Shown here: positions 58,168-60,537 of the stretch, one piece after another | How positions within the stretch are numbered: the first letter of the stretch is position 1 | How the letters are laid out: every line of letters begins with the position of its first letter | Assembly (NCBI RefSeq): GCF_003334255.1 | Contig: NZ_QOWU01000027.1 | Length of the DNA stretch: 60,537 bases | Strand: one strand, 5' to 3' | Source: Escherichia coli | GTDB lineage: Bacteria; Pseudomonadota; Gammaproteobacteria; Enterobacterales; Enterobacteriaceae | Notes under the pieces: model-generated | What the model saw: the letters and a program-made list of their open reading frames with translations, nothing else | Database searches by the model: none | Told to the model about the DNA's origin: nothing | Made by a program: the position numbers and the translations under genes

Positions 58168-59418
58168 TTACGCCAGACCAATAAAGAACCCGGCAATAGT
58201 CGCACTCATCAGGTTGGAAAGCGTTGCTGCTGCCAGCGCCCGTAAACCAAGCTGGGCGATTTCCGGCGCGCGTTTTGGCGAAATAGCCGAAAATGCGCCA
58301 ACGACAACACCGATAGAACCAAAGTTAGCAAAACCACAAAGCGCAAAGGAGATAATCGCAATGGTTTTCACTTCCAGCGTGCCGCCCGTTTGCAGGTATG
58401 GGGAGAAACTCAGGTAAGCGACGAATTCGTTAATCGCCAGTTTCTGCCCAATCAGGCTACCCGCAAGATTGGCATCACTCCAGTCCACACCCATGATCCA
58501 CGCCAGCGGTGCCAGCACATAGCCAAAAATACTTTCCAGAGAGGCATTGGCGAAACCAAACCAGCCGCCAATTCCGCCGATAATGCCGTTGATCAGCGCA
58601 ATAATTGCGACAAACGCCATTACCACCGTCGCCACACCAGCGGCGATTTTTAGCCCGGTCATCGCACCGCTCGCCGCCGCTTCGATAAAGCTTTTTGGCG
58701 GCGTTTCGCTGAACGACAGATTTTCAAATGTGACCTGCGAAGGCTCGGTTGCCGGGCTAAGAATACGTGCAAACAAAATCCCGCCAGGGATCGCCATCAG
58801 CGATGCCGCTAACAGGTAGTCAATTGGTACGCCCATTCCGGCATAACCAATCATCATCGAACCAGCAATGGACGCCATCCCGCTACAAATTGCGGTAAAC
58901 AACTCGTTGCGATTCATGCGATCGATAAACGGTTTAACGATCGCCGGGATCTCATTTTGCCCGAGGAAAATAGTAGTAACCGCAACAAAAGATTCGATTT
59001 TGCTGATGTTGAGGGCTTTCTGGAAAATGCTGCCAAGGATGCGAATCAGCAGCCCCATCACGCCAATGTAGTACAGCAGACTGATGAGCGCAGTAACGAA
59101 AATAATCGCCGGAAGTACGCGAAAGGCGAAGATAAAACCCGCACCGTCAAACAGGACATCCATTTTCGGCCCAACCAGCGAACCAAAAATGAAGGCGCTA
59201 CCGGCATCACTGTAAGACATCACTTTATGAACGCCTAATGCCGCCTGTTCTACTGCCCATTTTCCCGGTGGGAAGTAGAGCATGATGCCACCAATAGCGA
59301 TTTGCAGCAGCAGTGCGGCTCCAACCGTGCGCAAACTGATGCTCTTTTTATTCACTGACAACAGAAATGCTATTGCCAGTAACACCACCATCCCCACAAC
59401 ACTTCTCATTATATCCAT
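58168..59418 (-). CDS. psuT: PsuT (YeiM), NupC-family putative pseudouridine transporter (416 aa)
   Basis: ORF 58168..59418 (-). Confidence 0.92.
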   Translation of the reverse strand: MDIMRSVVGMVVLLAIAFLLSVNKKSISLRTVGAALLLQIAIGGIMLYFPPGKWAVEQAALGVHKVMSYSDAGSAFIFGSLVGPKMDVLFDGAGFIFAFRVLPAIIFVTALISLLYYIGVMGLLIRILGSIFQKALNISKIESFVAVTTIFLGQNEIPAIVKPFIDRMNRNELFTAICSGMASIAGSMMIGYAGMGVPIDYLLAASLMAIPGGILFARILSPATEPSQVTFENLSFSETPPKSFIEAAASGAMTGLKIAAGVATVVMAFVAIIALINGIIGGIGGWFGFANASLESIFGYVLAPLAWIMGVDWSDANLAGSLIGQKLAINEFVAYLSFSPYLQTGGTLEVKTIAIISFALCGFANFGSIGVVVGAFSAISPKRAPEIAQLGLRALAAATLSNLMSATIAGFFIGLA

Positions 59419-59511
59419 AATGATTTTCCCTTCATGCCGGTAAACCCGGCGTCAGCGCCAGGTTTTGGTATGCTTGATGAGTACGGGCGACGGCTTTCTG
59501 CCCGTCAGAAA

Positions 59512-60450
59512 TTAACCCGCGAGACGCTGATATTCTTTGGCAATTTCGCTCGCCAGAATGGCGTTGTTGAACACCAGCTGGATGTTGGATTTCAGGCTGT
59601 CACCGCCGGTCAGTTCAGCAACGCGCGCCAGCAGGAATGGCGTACTTTCTTTACCAATGACTCCCTGAGCTTCAGCTTCAGCTACCGCCTGATCGATCGC
59701 CGCATTGATAGTGTGTTCCGGCATAGCAAACTGTTCCGGGATCGGGTTCGCTACCACGAGGCCACCGTTCAGACCGCTTTGCCATTTCACCGCCATTGCA
59801 CGGGCAATTTCGCTGGCGCTGTCGAGACGAATGCTGACGTCAAACGGGCTGGTGCGGCAGAAAAACGCAGGCAGCGCTTTAGTCTGATAGCCAATTAACG
59901 GCACACCGAAGGTTTCTAAATACTCAGTGGTTAATCCTAAATCGAGAATAGATTTCGCCCCGGCACAAACAACGGTGACATTAGTATTTGCCAGTTCTTG
60001 CAAATCGGCAGAAATATCGAAGGTATGTTCCGCCCCGCGATGCACACCACCAATTCCCCCGGTGGCAAATACTTTAATTCCGGCAAGCGCCGCAATAATC
60101 ATCGTTGAAGCCACAGTGGTTGCGCCATTTTTTCCGGCGGCAACAACAAAAGGTAAATCGCGACGACTAACTTTGGTCACGTTATGCCCTTCACGACCCA
60201 GTAATTCAATTTCTTCTTTGCTTAACCCCACTTTCATCACGCCGCCAATAATGGCGATCGTGGCAGGTACAGCGCCCTGTTTACGAATAGTTTCTTCAAC
60301 TTCAATTGCGGTCTGGGCATTTTGTGGGAACGGCATCCCGTGAGAAATAATGGTCGATTCCAGCGCCACAACCGGTTTTTTGTTTTTTAAAGCGTCCTGC
60401 ACTTCCGGGGAAATTTGTAATAATTCAGGGGAAATTTTTAATTCAGACAT
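59512..60450 (-). CDS. psuG: PsuG (YeiN), pseudouridine-5'-phosphate glycosidase (312 aa)
   Basis: ORF track 59512..60474 (-). Start trimmed to ATG at 60448-60450 (MSELKISPEL); the track's extension uses a TTG that lies inside IS1 sequence. Confidence 0.9.
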   Translation of the reverse strand: MSELKISPELLQISPEVQDALKNKKPVVALESTIISHGMPFPQNAQTAIEVEETIRKQGAVPATIAIIGGVMKVGLSKEEIELLGREGHNVTKVSRRDLPFVVAAGKNGATTVASTMIIAALAGIKVFATGGIGGVHRGAEHTFDISADLQELANTNVTVVCAGAKSILDLGLTTEYLETFGVPLIGYQTKALPAFFCRTSPFDVSIRLDSASEIARAMAVKWQSGLNGGLVVANPIPEQFAMPEHTINAAIDQAVAEAEAQGVIGKESTPFLLARVAELTGGDSLKSNIQLVFNNAILASEIAKEYQRLAG

Positions 60451-60460
60451 TCTGCGTTCT

Positions 60461-60537
60461 GGTGATGCTGCCAACTTACTGATTTAGTGTATGATGGTGT
60501 TTTTGAGGTGCTCCAGTGGCTTCTGTTTCTATCAGCT
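60461..60537 (+). mobile_element. insA: IS1 left terminal inverted repeat and start of insA (window-truncated)
   Basis: GGTGATGCTGCCAACTTACTGATTTAGTGTATGATGGTGTTTTTGAGGTGCTCCAGTGGCTTCTGTTTCTATCAGCT matches the canonical IS1 end and the beginning of insA (GTG GCT TCT GTT TCT ATC AGC = MASVSIS). Begins 10 bp upstream of the psuG ATG. Confidence 0.88.

Overview
This window reads as a contiguous Escherichia coli chromosomal segment with K-12-like gene order, running from the decayed molR pseudogene and yehI through to psuG, and ending in the first 77 bp of an IS1 element. All gene names come from my recognition of the translated ORFs and their synteny; nothing was searched against a database. Main content: the uncharacterised yehLMPQ module, the BtsS/BtsR two-component system, mlrA, the osmF-yehYXW ABC transporter, bglX, dld, pbpG, mdtQ, dusC, yohJK, cdd, sanA, preTA, mglBAC, galS, folE-yeiB, yeiG, cirA, lysP, yeiE, yeiH, nfo, yeiI, nupX, rihB, yeiL and psuT-psuG. 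Two small membrane-protein genes (yohO, yohP) are below the ORF-track size cutoff and were found by manual translation. No rRNA, tRNA, CRISPR array or prophage was found. Repeats are REP/BIME palindromic units in six intergenic regions. The best candidate for an undescribed system is the translationally coupled yehL-yehM-yehP-yehQ operon (MoxR-type AAA+ ATPase, unknown 759-aa protein, VWA protein with a full MIDAS motif, double SWIM zinc-finger protein), sitting beside the giant tandem paralogs molR and yehI. Notable lesions and variants: a single-base frameshift in cirA, IS1 inserted 10 bp upstream of psuG, and an mdtQ reading frame that is intact here.
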